NCBI GenBank assembly: GCA_963708025.1
Contig: CAVPSB010000016.1
Location: 96,001-160,000, forward strand
Length of the DNA: 64,000 nucleotides
Direction: 5' to 3'
Source of the DNA: an uncultured Candidatus Rokubacteria bacterium
Lineage (GTDB): Bacteria; Methylomirabilota; Methylomirabilia; Rokubacteriales; DASRDR01
Below the pieces are notes generated by a model. The model was not told where the DNA came from and ran no database searches. It saw only the letters and a program-made list of their open reading frames with translations. Shown here one piece after another: positions 19,421 through 27,195 of this stretch. Each line of letters begins with the position of its first letter. Position 1 is the first letter of the stretch. Both the position numbers and the translations under genes were made by a program.

Positions 19421-19591
19421 CGCAGATCCGTGCATGCGGCGCGACGCCACCGCCGGTTGGCCCCGCCGGACGCGGACCCCTCCGAGGCGCCGACGCCCCA
19501 GCGGGACACGGCCGCCCCACCCGAAGTCCAGCCGGGCGGCCACGCACGGGACCGGGGCGACCACCGCCGCCCCTCTCCGGGCGCCTCCCGG

Positions 19592-20071
19592 TCACCGGCC
19601 GCGGACGGTCAGGACCGGGCACGGGGCCGACGCCACCACCCGCGCCGCCACGCTGCCGAGAAAGAACCGGGCCAGCCCGGTGCGCCCGTGGGTGCCGATC
19701 ACCGCCACGTCGGTCCGGCGGGATCGGAGCGCGCGGACGAGCCGCTCGTGGGGCGTGCCCGTGAGCAGCAGGCCGCTCGCGCGGACGCCCGCCGCCCTCG
19801 CCCTGGCGACGAGCCGGTCGAGTTGCTTCCGGGCGGCAGCCCGGGCCGAGGCCTCGATCTGGTCGTAGGTCTGGGCAAGCACGTAGCCCTCGCCCGTGAC
19901 CGGCACCACCGGGGTGAGCACGTGCGCCACCGTCAAGGCCGCGCGGTTGGCGCGGGCGAGGGAGAGCGCGGTCGCGAATGCCCTCGCCGACGCGCGCGAG
20001 AAGTCGGAGGCGTGCAGGATCCGGCGGAAGGCGACGGACCGGCGGCCGCCCCCGGCCCTGGCCCTAGCCAT
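19592..20071 (-). CDS. Universal stress protein
   Basis: RILHASDFS...IGTHGRTG..RFFLGSVAARVV..APCPVLTV. Confidence 0.93.
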   Translation of the reverse strand: MARARAGGGRRSVAFRRILHASDFSRASARAFATALSLARANRAALTVAHVLTPVVPVTGEGYVLAQTYDQIEASARAAARKQLDRLVARARAAGVRASGLLLTGTPHERLVRALRSRRTDVAVIGTHGRTGLARFFLGSVAARVVASAPCPVLTVRGR

Positions 20072-20549
20072 TGCCGCCGCCGGCCACCGCCGCCGCGCGC
20101 CCGATCGGCCGCTCCAGGCTGGCGCCGTCCGGCCGGAGCAGGAAGATCGGCGTTGCCGTCCCCCGAAGCACCGACTCGGCCACGCTGCCGAGGATGAGCC
20201 GGCTGATGCCGGTGCGGCCGTGGGTCGTCATGACGATCAGGCCCACGTGGTGGAACTGCGCTGCCTCGATGATCGCCACCGCCGCCGGCCCGTACCAGAC
20301 GGCGGTCTCGACGTCACCGACGCCACTCGTCGCCAGTCGGGCTGTCACCTGGCCCAGATAGGTCTCGGCTTCGTGGACGACCCTGACCTCGGCTTCGGTG
20401 GGATCCACGCCGGGCAGCGTGTGCGCCTGCGCTGCCCGGAGCAGGAGAATCCGGGCGCCCAGCGTCCCGGCGAGATCGACGGCGGTGGCGAGCGCCGCCT
20501 CCGCCACGGGGGAACCGTCCAGGGGCACCAGGATCTTGTCGATCTTCAT
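20064..20549 (-). CDS. Universal stress protein
   Basis: KILVPLDGS...MTTHGRTG..LILGSVAESVLR; AAGGAGG RBS. Confidence 0.93.
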   Translation of the reverse strand: MKIDKILVPLDGSPVAEAALATAVDLAGTLGARILLLRAAQAHTLPGVDPTEAEVRVVHEAETYLGQVTARLATSGVGDVETAVWYGPAAVAIIEAAQFHHVGLIVMTTHGRTGISRLILGSVAESVLRGTATPIFLLRPDGASLERPIGRAAAVAGGGNG

Positions 20550-20592
20550 CCGTCGCCTCCTTACCTCGCGTGTGTCGGACGTGGGCGATGGG

Positions 20593-20608
20593 TGCAACGT
20601 GGGTGCCA
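20593..20608 (-). promoter_or_regulatory. sigma54 promoter TGGCAC-CCACG-TTGCA
   Basis: Exact consensus directly upstream of the USP pair. Confidence 0.85.
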
Positions 20609-20689
20609 CGCCCCCGGCGAGCAAGTAGCCGGGGGAGCGTGCCTGCGGCTCACCCGGCTGGGGCACGACCGCCCCACCGTGGCGCCACC

Positions 20690-21262
20690 GTCCCACCGCG
20701 AGTCGGCGCGATGCCGGGCAGATCGGAGTCGTCTCCCCGGTCCGCGCCGAAGAGTCGCCGCTTGGCGACTTCGACGAGCCCAGCCGCTTCTCCAGCAGGA
20801 TGATGTCGGCGGCGTCCGAGCCGGCACCTCCCGGACCGCCCCGTCTCGCACGACGGTCGCCGCGTGCGCGACCTGCCGCTGCAGGCGCCGCGCGGCGGAC
20901 TGCGAGCGGTAGGCCTGGGTCACGTTGAGCGCGACGCTTAGGACCAGCATCAGCGCGATGACCACGGAGCTGGGCACCTGCCCGAGGGCCGCCGAGGCGC
21001 CGCTGGCGACGAGCAGGATCAGGACCAGCGGGTTGGCCAGGTAGCGCGCGATCCCGCGGAGCGCCTCGAAGCGCGGCGGCGGCTTCAGCTCGTTGGGGCC
21101 GTGGCGGCGGAGGCGGGCGACGGCCTCGGCGGTGGAGAGCCCGGTCGGACTGCCGCCGACGTCCTCGAGCGCCTCGACGGGGGAGCGGGTCCAGAAGGGT
21201 CTCCGGGGATCGGCCGCCGCCGCGCCCCGCGGCCGGCTCGCCGGGACGATGCGGCTCAGCAT
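20690..21262 (-). pseudogene. Internally deleted Mg2+-transporting P-type ATPase (MgtA-like) remnant
   Basis: About 140 N-terminal codons (GLSTAEAVARLRRHGPNEL, NPLVLILL, VVRDG), then DAADIILLEK in a second frame, then LVEVAKRRLF in a third. Confidence 0.75.
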
Positions 21263-21311
21263 CCGGTCGGCGCCCGGGCGGCGGTCCGGCACCGGTCCCC
21301 GTCCGCGGCGG

Positions 21312-21749
21312 TCAATCCTCGGGCTGTCGGACGCTGACCACCGGACACGGCGCCGTGCGGATCACCCGGTCCGCCACGCTGCCGAGGAATGCCCGCTCCA
21401 GCCCGCCCCGGCCCCGGGTGCCGATCACGATGTAATCGGCGCCTTCGGTCGCCGCCGCCTTCACGATCTCCGCGTGCGGCACGCCGGTCTTCAGGAGGAA
21501 GCGCGCGGTCAGCCCGAGCTCCCGGATCGCCGCGACCCGCTCGTCCAGAGTGCTCGTCGCCCACCTCCGCGCCGCCTCGTAGACTTCACGCACCTCTTTC
21601 CGGTTCATCAGCCCCTCACCGTAGAGCGGCGTGTCCACGGTCACGTGGAGCACGATGATCTCGGCGCCTAGGCCCTGGGCCAGCCGGATCGCCTCCTTCT
21701 GCGCCCGGTCGGCGTGCTCGGAGAAGTCGGTCGGATGCAGGATCTTCAT
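21312..21749 (-). CDS. Universal stress protein
   Basis: MKILHPTDFS...IGTRGRGG..AFLGSVADRVIR.APCPV. Confidence 0.93.
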   Translation of the reverse strand: MKILHPTDFSEHADRAQKEAIRLAQGLGAEIIVLHVTVDTPLYGEGLMNRKEVREVYEAARRWATSTLDERVAAIRELGLTARFLLKTGVPHAEIVKAAATEGADYIVIGTRGRGGLERAFLGSVADRVIRTAPCPVVSVRQPED

Positions 21750-21819
21750 CGCCGGGCCCGCCCGTATCGCTCCGCCATCCACCCGCCGACTCCGGAAAAC
21801 CGACCGGGTCTCATCGCGG

Positions 21820-22293
21820 TCATGGTGCGCTCGCCTCCAGGGGCGCGGCCGCCCGCGCCGTCATCCGGATCATGAGGACGGGGACCGGGGCCGACCGGAG
21901 CACGGTCTCGGCGACGGAGCCGAATGCCACGCGGCCGAGCCCGCCTCGCCCGTGCGTGGCCATGGCGATCAGGTCGGCGTGCTCGGTCCGGGCGACCTCC
22001 AGGATCTCGGCCGCGGGCGCCCCGAGCCCGAGCACGGTCCGGACGCGGACGCCCTTGGCCTCGAGACGGGCCGCGACCTCGGCCAGGTATCTCTTCATTT
22101 CCACCTGGCGGAGAAAGAGGGCGTCGGGCCCGACCACGCCAGCGCTGGCCAGTCCGGTCACGACGGAGATCGGCTCCACCACGGAGAGGAGCACGACCTC
22201 CGTGTTGACCGGGCCGGCGATCCGCTCGGCCACGGGCAGGATGGCTTCGGCCGGCTCGGATCCATCCAGGGGGATCAGCATGCGCCTGTACAT
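21820..22293 (-). CDS. Universal stress protein
   Basis: RMLIPLDGS...MATHGRGG..VAFGSVAETVLR; AAAGGAG RBS. Confidence 0.93.
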   Translation of the reverse strand: MYRRMLIPLDGSEPAEAILPVAERIAGPVNTEVVLLSVVEPISVVTGLASAGVVGPDALFLRQVEMKRYLAEVAARLEAKGVRVRTVLGLGAPAAEILEVARTEHADLIAMATHGRGGLGRVAFGSVAETVLRSAPVPVLMIRMTARAAAPLEASAP

Positions 22294-22348
22294 CGCGACT
22301 CCTTTCGGTGACGCGACCTCGTGTTCACCGGTGGCCGGAGGGGAGGTT

Positions 22349-22364
22349 TGCAACGAGAATGCCG
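22349..22364 (-). promoter_or_regulatory. sigma54 promoter CGGCAT-TCTCG-TTGCA
   Basis: GG-N10-GC with TTGCA, upstream of USP 22293. Confidence 0.7.
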
Positions 22365-22518
22365 CGTGGCGCCGGGGGCCAGACCGCCGCGCGGTCGCGC
22401 GGTTGGCCGGAGCCCATGCCTGACCCCGTCGCTTCCTGGGGCGTCGGTGCCCCGATCGAGGCGCCGCCGCCCCAGCCGCCGCCCCAGCCGGAGGTCGGCC
22501 ACGGTGGCGTGAGCCCCG

Positions 22519-22848
22519 TCACCGCAGGCTGGCTAGGTAGGCGGCGAGGGCGCGGATGTCCGCCTCGGTGAGGTCCAGCTTCGGCATATGGGCGCCTGGC
22601 TTGTGAACCGCCGGGTCGCGGAGGCGTCGGGACAGCTCACCCTCGGTCTGGAAGGAGCCGACGTGGGAGAGATCCGGGGCGATCGGGGTCCCGGTACCGA
22701 GAACCGTGTGGCAGCCGTAGCAGCCGTACTCGGTGTAGAGCCGGCGTCCCTGCGCGGCCGGTTGCTCGGGCGGTTGCGAAGCGACGGAGCAGGCGCTCAC
22801 GCTCAGGACGAAACCGACGAGTGCGATGGCCAGTCGTGAGGTGTTCAT
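22519..22848 (-). CDS. Monoheme class I cytochrome c, probably lipoprotein-anchored
   Basis: CYGCH heme motif, APDLSHVG, distal Met in HMPKL; signal peptide ending LSVSAC. Confidence 0.88.
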   Translation of the reverse strand: MNTSRLAIALVGFVLSVSACSVASQPPEQPAAQGRRLYTEYGCYGCHTVLGTGTPIAPDLSHVGSFQTEGELSRRLRDPAVHKPGAHMPKLDLTEADIRALAAYLASLR

Positions 22849-22861
22849 GCCGCGCTGGTCG

Positions 22862-22877
22862 TGCAACGCCAGTGCCA
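22862..22877 (-). promoter_or_regulatory. sigma54 promoter TGGCAC-TGGCG-TTGCA for cytochrome c
   Basis: Exact consensus 13 nt before ATG 22848. Confidence 0.8.
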
Positions 22878-22893
22878 CCGTCCACGGTCAGCC

Positions 22894-22909
22894 TGGCAGA
22901 GCGCTTGCT
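22894..22909 (+). promoter_or_regulatory. Divergent sigma54-like promoter TGGCAG-AGCGC-TTGCT for the receiver gene
   Basis: GG-N10-GC with TTGCT; back-to-back with the previous site. Confidence 0.6.
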
Positions 22910-22914
22910 TGACG

Positions 22915-23343
22915 ATGATCCCGATGCCTTCGCCCTTCGATGCCCACGGCCACGATCCACCGGGTTTCCCCCGCAAGGTGCTGGTCGTCGACGACGAGCC
23001 GGACATGCTGGAGAACGTGGCGCGCATCCTGCGGCGTGGCGCCTACGAGTGTCTGACCGCCGGGGGAGGCCGGGAGGCGCTGGTCATCCTCGCCCGCGAC
23101 CACCCCGATCTGATCCTCACCGATCTCCGGATGCCGGAGATGGATGGGCTCGCGCTCCTCCGCGCGGCGAAGCAGCTCTCGCCGCCCACCCCGATCGTCG
23201 TGTTCACCGCCTACGCCTCCGAGGCCGCCGCCCGGAATGCCCTCGCGGCCGGCGCCGCGGCCTTCCTGGCGAAGCCCTTCACGGCGCTCCAGCTCCTGGA
23301 GACGGTGCGATCGATGCTGAACGATGGAGGATCCGCCCCGTAA
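22915..23343 (+). CDS. Single-domain response regulator (start could be 22915 or 22924)
   Basis: VLVVDDE, ILTDLRMPEMDG, FTAY, AKPF. Confidence 0.9.
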   Translation: MIPMPSPFDAHGHDPPGFPRKVLVVDDEPDMLENVARILRRGAYECLTAGGGREALVILARDHPDLILTDLRMPEMDGLALLRAAKQLSPPTPIVVFTAYASEAAARNALAAGAAAFLAKPFTALQLLETVRSMLNDGGSAP

Positions 23344-23391
23344 GGCAATCGGCCCCCGACCCCCCGCGGGGTGGGCGGAGGCTCCGGGTCA

Positions 23392-26049
23392 TCAAGCTGG
23401 CCGGCTCGCCGGCGCCGATCGCACCGCCTTTACGGCTTCGAGGAGCGCCACCGGCCACACCACGGCCAGGCTCACGACGAGCCAGTCGGTCGCCTCGAGG
23501 GGCGCGGTGTGGAGCAGCGTCGCCAGCGGGAGCCACGCGACGGTCAGCGCCTGGACGCCGGCCAGGACGGCCAGGGAGACCCAGACGAGGCGGTTGGGCG
23601 GCAGCCGCCACCAGCCGACCGTCTCCGAGCGGCAGGCGAGCGCCTGGAGCGGGTGGATCAGCACGAGCGCGAGGAAGGCGATCGTGTTCGCCCGCGGCCC
23701 CGGCCCGTCCTGCCACACTGCCCACAGGTACGCGGTCGAGACGCCCGCGGCCAGGAGCGCGCCCTCGAGAAGCATGCGCCCGCCGAGCCGCCAGGTGACG
23801 AGCGGCTCGCGTGGGTCGCGGGGGGGACGCCGCATGGCATCCGGCTCGGCGGGGTCACGGATCAGCGCCATCGCCGGCAGGATGTCGGTGACCAGGTTGA
23901 CCCAGAGGATCTGGAGCGGCAGGAGCGGCGCCGGCAGCCCGAACAGGATGGCCCCGAAGATCGTGAGGATCTCGGAGAGGTTGCAGGAGAAGAGGAAGCG
24001 GATCACCTTGCGCAGGTTCGCGTAGATGACGCGGCCCTCCTCGACGGCCCGCACGATGGTCGCGAAGTTGTCGTCGGTGAGCACCAGATGGGCGGCCTCG
24101 CGGGCGACGTCCGTCCCGTGCCGGCCCATCGCCACGCCGATGTCGGCCCGCGCGAGCGCCGGCGCGTCGTTGACGCCGTCCCCGGTCATCGCGACGACCT
24201 CGCCGGCGGCCTGCAGGCCGGTGACCAGCTCGAGCTTGCCTTCCGGCGAGACGCGGCTCCGGATGGCGTCGGGGGGAAGCCCCAGCTCGCGCCCGACCGC
24301 CTCGGCCGTCGAGCGCTGGTCGCCGGTCAGCATGACGGTGCGAATCCCCGCCTCGGCGCAGCGCGCGATCGCCTCGCGGACGCCGGGGCGGATCGGATCC
24401 TCCAGCCCGACGAGGCCGAGAAAAGTCAGACCGTCCACCCGCGCCTCGGCGGGCCCGCCGTCAGGCCGGCAGGCGATGGCCAGCACCCGCAGGCCACGAC
24501 CGGCCAGCGTCCGGTTGGCCTCCAGCAGCGCGGCGCGGTCGCGGTCGTCGAGGGGCGCCACGGTCGCCCCGACCTGCCGGTGGGTGGCGCGCTCCAGCAC
24601 GACCCCGGGCGCGCCCTTCACCGCCAGCAGCCGCCCGCCGTCCGGTGACACGTGGAACGTCGCCATGAAGCGCGTGGCCGAATCGAACGGGATCGCGCGC
24701 TGGCGCGGCCACTGGCGAGCGAGCGCCCGGGCCTCGAGGCCGGCTTTGAGCGCCAGGACGAGGAGCGCCGTCTCGGTCGGGTCGCCATGGAGGGCCAGCC
24801 CATCGGGCTTCGCCTCGATGCTCGCGTCGTTGACGAGCGCCGCGACGGTGAGCAGGCGGGCGAGTCCCGGATCGGCGAGCGGGTCCAGCGGGCGGCCGTC
24901 CTCCAGGAAGGCGCCGGCGGCGGAGCGTCCCCCGCCGGTGACCGTGATCAGCCGGCCACCGAGCTCCACGCGGGTGACCGTCATCTGGTTCTCCGTCATG
25001 GTGCCCGTCTTGTCCGCACAGATCACGGTGGTCGCACCGAGGGTCTCCACCGCCGGGAGCCGGCGGATCAAGCCACCGGCCCGGGCCAGCCGCCACAGCC
25101 CGGCGGCGAGCGCGACCGCCGTGACCGCGGGCAGCCCCTCGGGAATCGCGGCGACCGCGAGGCTGATCGCGGTCTCGAGCATGAGCCCGACCGGCTGGCC
25201 GCGAAGGATGCCGACCAGGCCCACGACCGCGCAGATCGCGACGGCCAGCCCGATCAACCGTCGGCCCAGGCCCTCGACCTGGCGCTCGAGCGGCGTCGTC
25301 CGCTCGCCGGCCTCGCTCACGAGCTGGCCGATGCGGCCCAGCTCGGTGGTGGCGCCGGTCGCCGTGACGACGGCGAGGCCGCTGCCAGCCAGGACCGTCG
25401 TGCCCAGGTACACCATCGTCCGCCGCTCGGCGAGCGGGGTGTCGACTGCGAGTCGGGCCGACTCGTCTTTCTCCACTGCCTCGCTCTCGCCGGTCAGGGA
25501 AGCTTCCGAGACGCGGAGCGCCGAGGCCTGGACGAGCCGGCCGTCGGCCGGCACCTGCGCGCCGGCCTCGAGGACCACCACGTCGCCCGGCACCAGCTCG
25601 GCCGCGACGACGGCCGTGACGGTTCCACCGCGCCGCACGAGCGCCTGGGGGACCGCCAGCGCCCGCAGCTTCGCGAGCGACCGGCGCGCGTGCCACTCCG
25701 TCGCGAAGCCGATCGCGGCATTCAGGAGGAGCGCCGCGAGGATGGCGAGAGCCTCCACACGCTCGCCGAGGACCCAGGCGACGGCGGCGGCGGCCAGGAG
25801 CAGGAGGACAACCAGGCTGCGGAACTGGCGGAGTGCGAGACGCCAGAGGGGCGTGTCGGGCCGGTCGGCGATCCGGTTGGGGCCGACCCGGGCGAGGCGG
25901 CGCTCGACCTCGCCCGGGTCCAGGCCCTCATCGGACCCGACGCCCAGGAGCGCGAGGACGTCGCCCGACGGGAGCGCGTGCCACGCCCGCGGGGCGGCCC
26001 CATCACGCGGCGCCCCGACCGCCGAGAGCGGAGCGTTGGACCGTCGCAC
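23392..26049 (-). CDS. Cation-transporting P-type ATPase (type IIA, Ca2+-like)
   Basis: LTGES, IPEGLP, DKTGT, KGAP, TGDGVNDAPAL, ILWVNLVTD. Confidence 0.95.
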   Translation of the reverse strand: MRRSNAPLSAVGAPRDGAAPRAWHALPSGDVLALLGVGSDEGLDPGEVERRLARVGPNRIADRPDTPLWRLALRQFRSLVVLLLLAAAAVAWVLGERVEALAILAALLLNAAIGFATEWHARRSLAKLRALAVPQALVRRGGTVTAVVAAELVPGDVVVLEAGAQVPADGRLVQASALRVSEASLTGESEAVEKDESARLAVDTPLAERRTMVYLGTTVLAGSGLAVVTATGATTELGRIGQLVSEAGERTTPLERQVEGLGRRLIGLAVAICAVVGLVGILRGQPVGLMLETAISLAVAAIPEGLPAVTAVALAAGLWRLARAGGLIRRLPAVETLGATTVICADKTGTMTENQMTVTRVELGGRLITVTGGGRSAAGAFLEDGRPLDPLADPGLARLLTVAALVNDASIEAKPDGLALHGDPTETALLVLALKAGLEARALARQWPRQRAIPFDSATRFMATFHVSPDGGRLLAVKGAPGVVLERATHRQVGATVAPLDDRDRAALLEANRTLAGRGLRVLAIACRPDGGPAEARVDGLTFLGLVGLEDPIRPGVREAIARCAEAGIRTVMLTGDQRSTAEAVGRELGLPPDAIRSRVSPEGKLELVTGLQAAGEVVAMTGDGVNDAPALARADIGVAMGRHGTDVAREAAHLVLTDDNFATIVRAVEEGRVIYANLRKVIRFLFSCNLSEILTIFGAILFGLPAPLLPLQILWVNLVTDILPAMALIRDPAEPDAMRRPPRDPREPLVTWRLGGRMLLEGALLAAGVSTAYLWAVWQDGPGPRANTIAFLALVLIHPLQALACRSETVGWWRLPPNRLVWVSLAVLAGVQALTVAWLPLATLLHTAPLEATDWLVVSLAVVWPVALLEAVKAVRSAPASRPA

Positions 26050-26058
26050 CCGCCCGGC

Positions 26059-26160
26059 TCAGAGCCCGGCGAGATCGAGCCGGCTCGCGAAGACGTGAAC
26101 CGCGGTCGACGCCCCTGCCCGCGCCTCGAGGCACTGGATGGCGCTGCCGGTGCCATTCAT
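26059..26160 (-). CDS. 33-aa upstream ORF before the P-type ATPase
   Basis: MNGTGSAIQCLEARAGASTAVHVFASRLDLAGL* after AGGAAAAGGAG; ends 9 nt before GTG 26049. Confidence 0.35.
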   Translation of the reverse strand: MNGTGSAIQCLEARAGASTAVHVFASRLDLAGL

Positions 26161-26210
26161 CGCGGCTCGCTCCTTTTCCTGGGGCGTCTCGGCCCCTGCG
26201 TCGTTGGCGG

Positions 26211-26226
26211 TGCAACGAGGGTACCA
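26211..26226 (-). promoter_or_regulatory. sigma54 promoter TGGTAC-CCTCG-TTGCA
   Basis: One mismatch from consensus; upstream of the P-ATPase unit. Confidence 0.78.
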
Positions 26227-26458
26227 CGCGCCTCGGGCGTCGCCTCCGCGGCGGAAGCCAGGCCGCTCCCCGCCACACCGGGGGAATCCTCCCGGAACCC
26301 GGACCCGGCGATCGCCGGACGCTGTCCCCCCGCCTGGGCAGGTTGGGGCGCTTTCGCCTCACACGAGCCGGGTGGCCGCAGAGGGTGGTTGCTTGACCCG
26401 ATTCGTGGCGACGGGCTAAGCTCGGCGCGACCGCGGGCGAGACGCTGGAGAGGGCGCC

Positions 26459-26580
26459 ATGACTGCTGGCCGCAACCCCGAATCCTCGTGGTCGGCCACG
26501 ACCTGGCCACCCCAGCGACGCCGGGATGGATGGGCTGACGGCGCTCCGCCACTTCTGAAGGACCTCCCGAAGCTTCCGGA
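26459..26580 (+). pseudogene. Degenerate receiver-domain remnant
   Basis: RBS+ATG, then RILVVGHD and GMDGLTALRH in different frames. Confidence 0.45.
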
Positions 26581-26669
26581 GCCGCCGCACCGATTCCGTC
26601 GATTGGCGGCTCGCGACGTCGGGGCGGTGAGCCGCGGGTGGCGTGACCGTCCCGAACAGGGGGGAGCCG

Positions 26670-27119
26670 ATGACAGCTGAGCCGCTGACGCTCGAAGCGC
26701 TGACGCGACGTCTCGAAGGCCTGGAGCAGGCCCACCGCCGTCTGAAGCGCGGATTCGGGGTGATGGTGGTCGGGGTGGCCGGGCTCCTGCTGATGGGCCA
26801 GGGGTCCGACCGCGTGACCGCGGCGACGGTGGTCGCCCGGAGCGTCGAGACCCAGAGCCTGATGCTCCGCGATGCGACAGGAAAGATCCGGGCCCTGCTC
26901 GACGCCGACACGGTGGGCCCCGTGTCGCTCACCTTGTCCGACAAGGACGGCCGGGAGCGGGCCGCGATCGGCGTGGGACCGGCCGGCGGCGTCGGCGTGG
27001 TGTTCCGCGACCGGGAAGGCGTGATCCAAGCGGCGCTCGGGGTCAACCCTCAGGGCCGTCCATTCCACCTGCCGAAGCGGGGGCCGGGCGGCGAGGACGC
27101 CCGACCCCGCAAGGAGTGA
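26670..27119 (+). CDS. Hypothetical membrane-anchored protein with repeated LxDxxG beta hairpins
   Basis: Coiled N-terminus, one TM helix, repeats LRDATGKIR / LSDKDGRER / FRDREGVIQ. Confidence 0.7.
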   Translation: MTAEPLTLEALTRRLEGLEQAHRRLKRGFGVMVVGVAGLLLMGQGSDRVTAATVVARSVETQSLMLRDATGKIRALLDADTVGPVSLTLSDKDGRERAAIGVGPAGGVGVVFRDREGVIQAALGVNPQGRPFHLPKRGPGGEDARPRKE

Positions 27120-27195
27120 GCGGCTCCCCCGCTCCTTCCGGTCCCCGGGCCGGCGCGGCGCCCGGCCGCGTCCCATGGCGAGTACAATCGGGCGC

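Noticed and set aside
22325-22522. Gly-rich ORF with a GGCTGGGGCGGC tandem repeat after cytochrome c
   Set aside because: Low complexity; it runs over the sigma54 promoter at 22349; no coding support.
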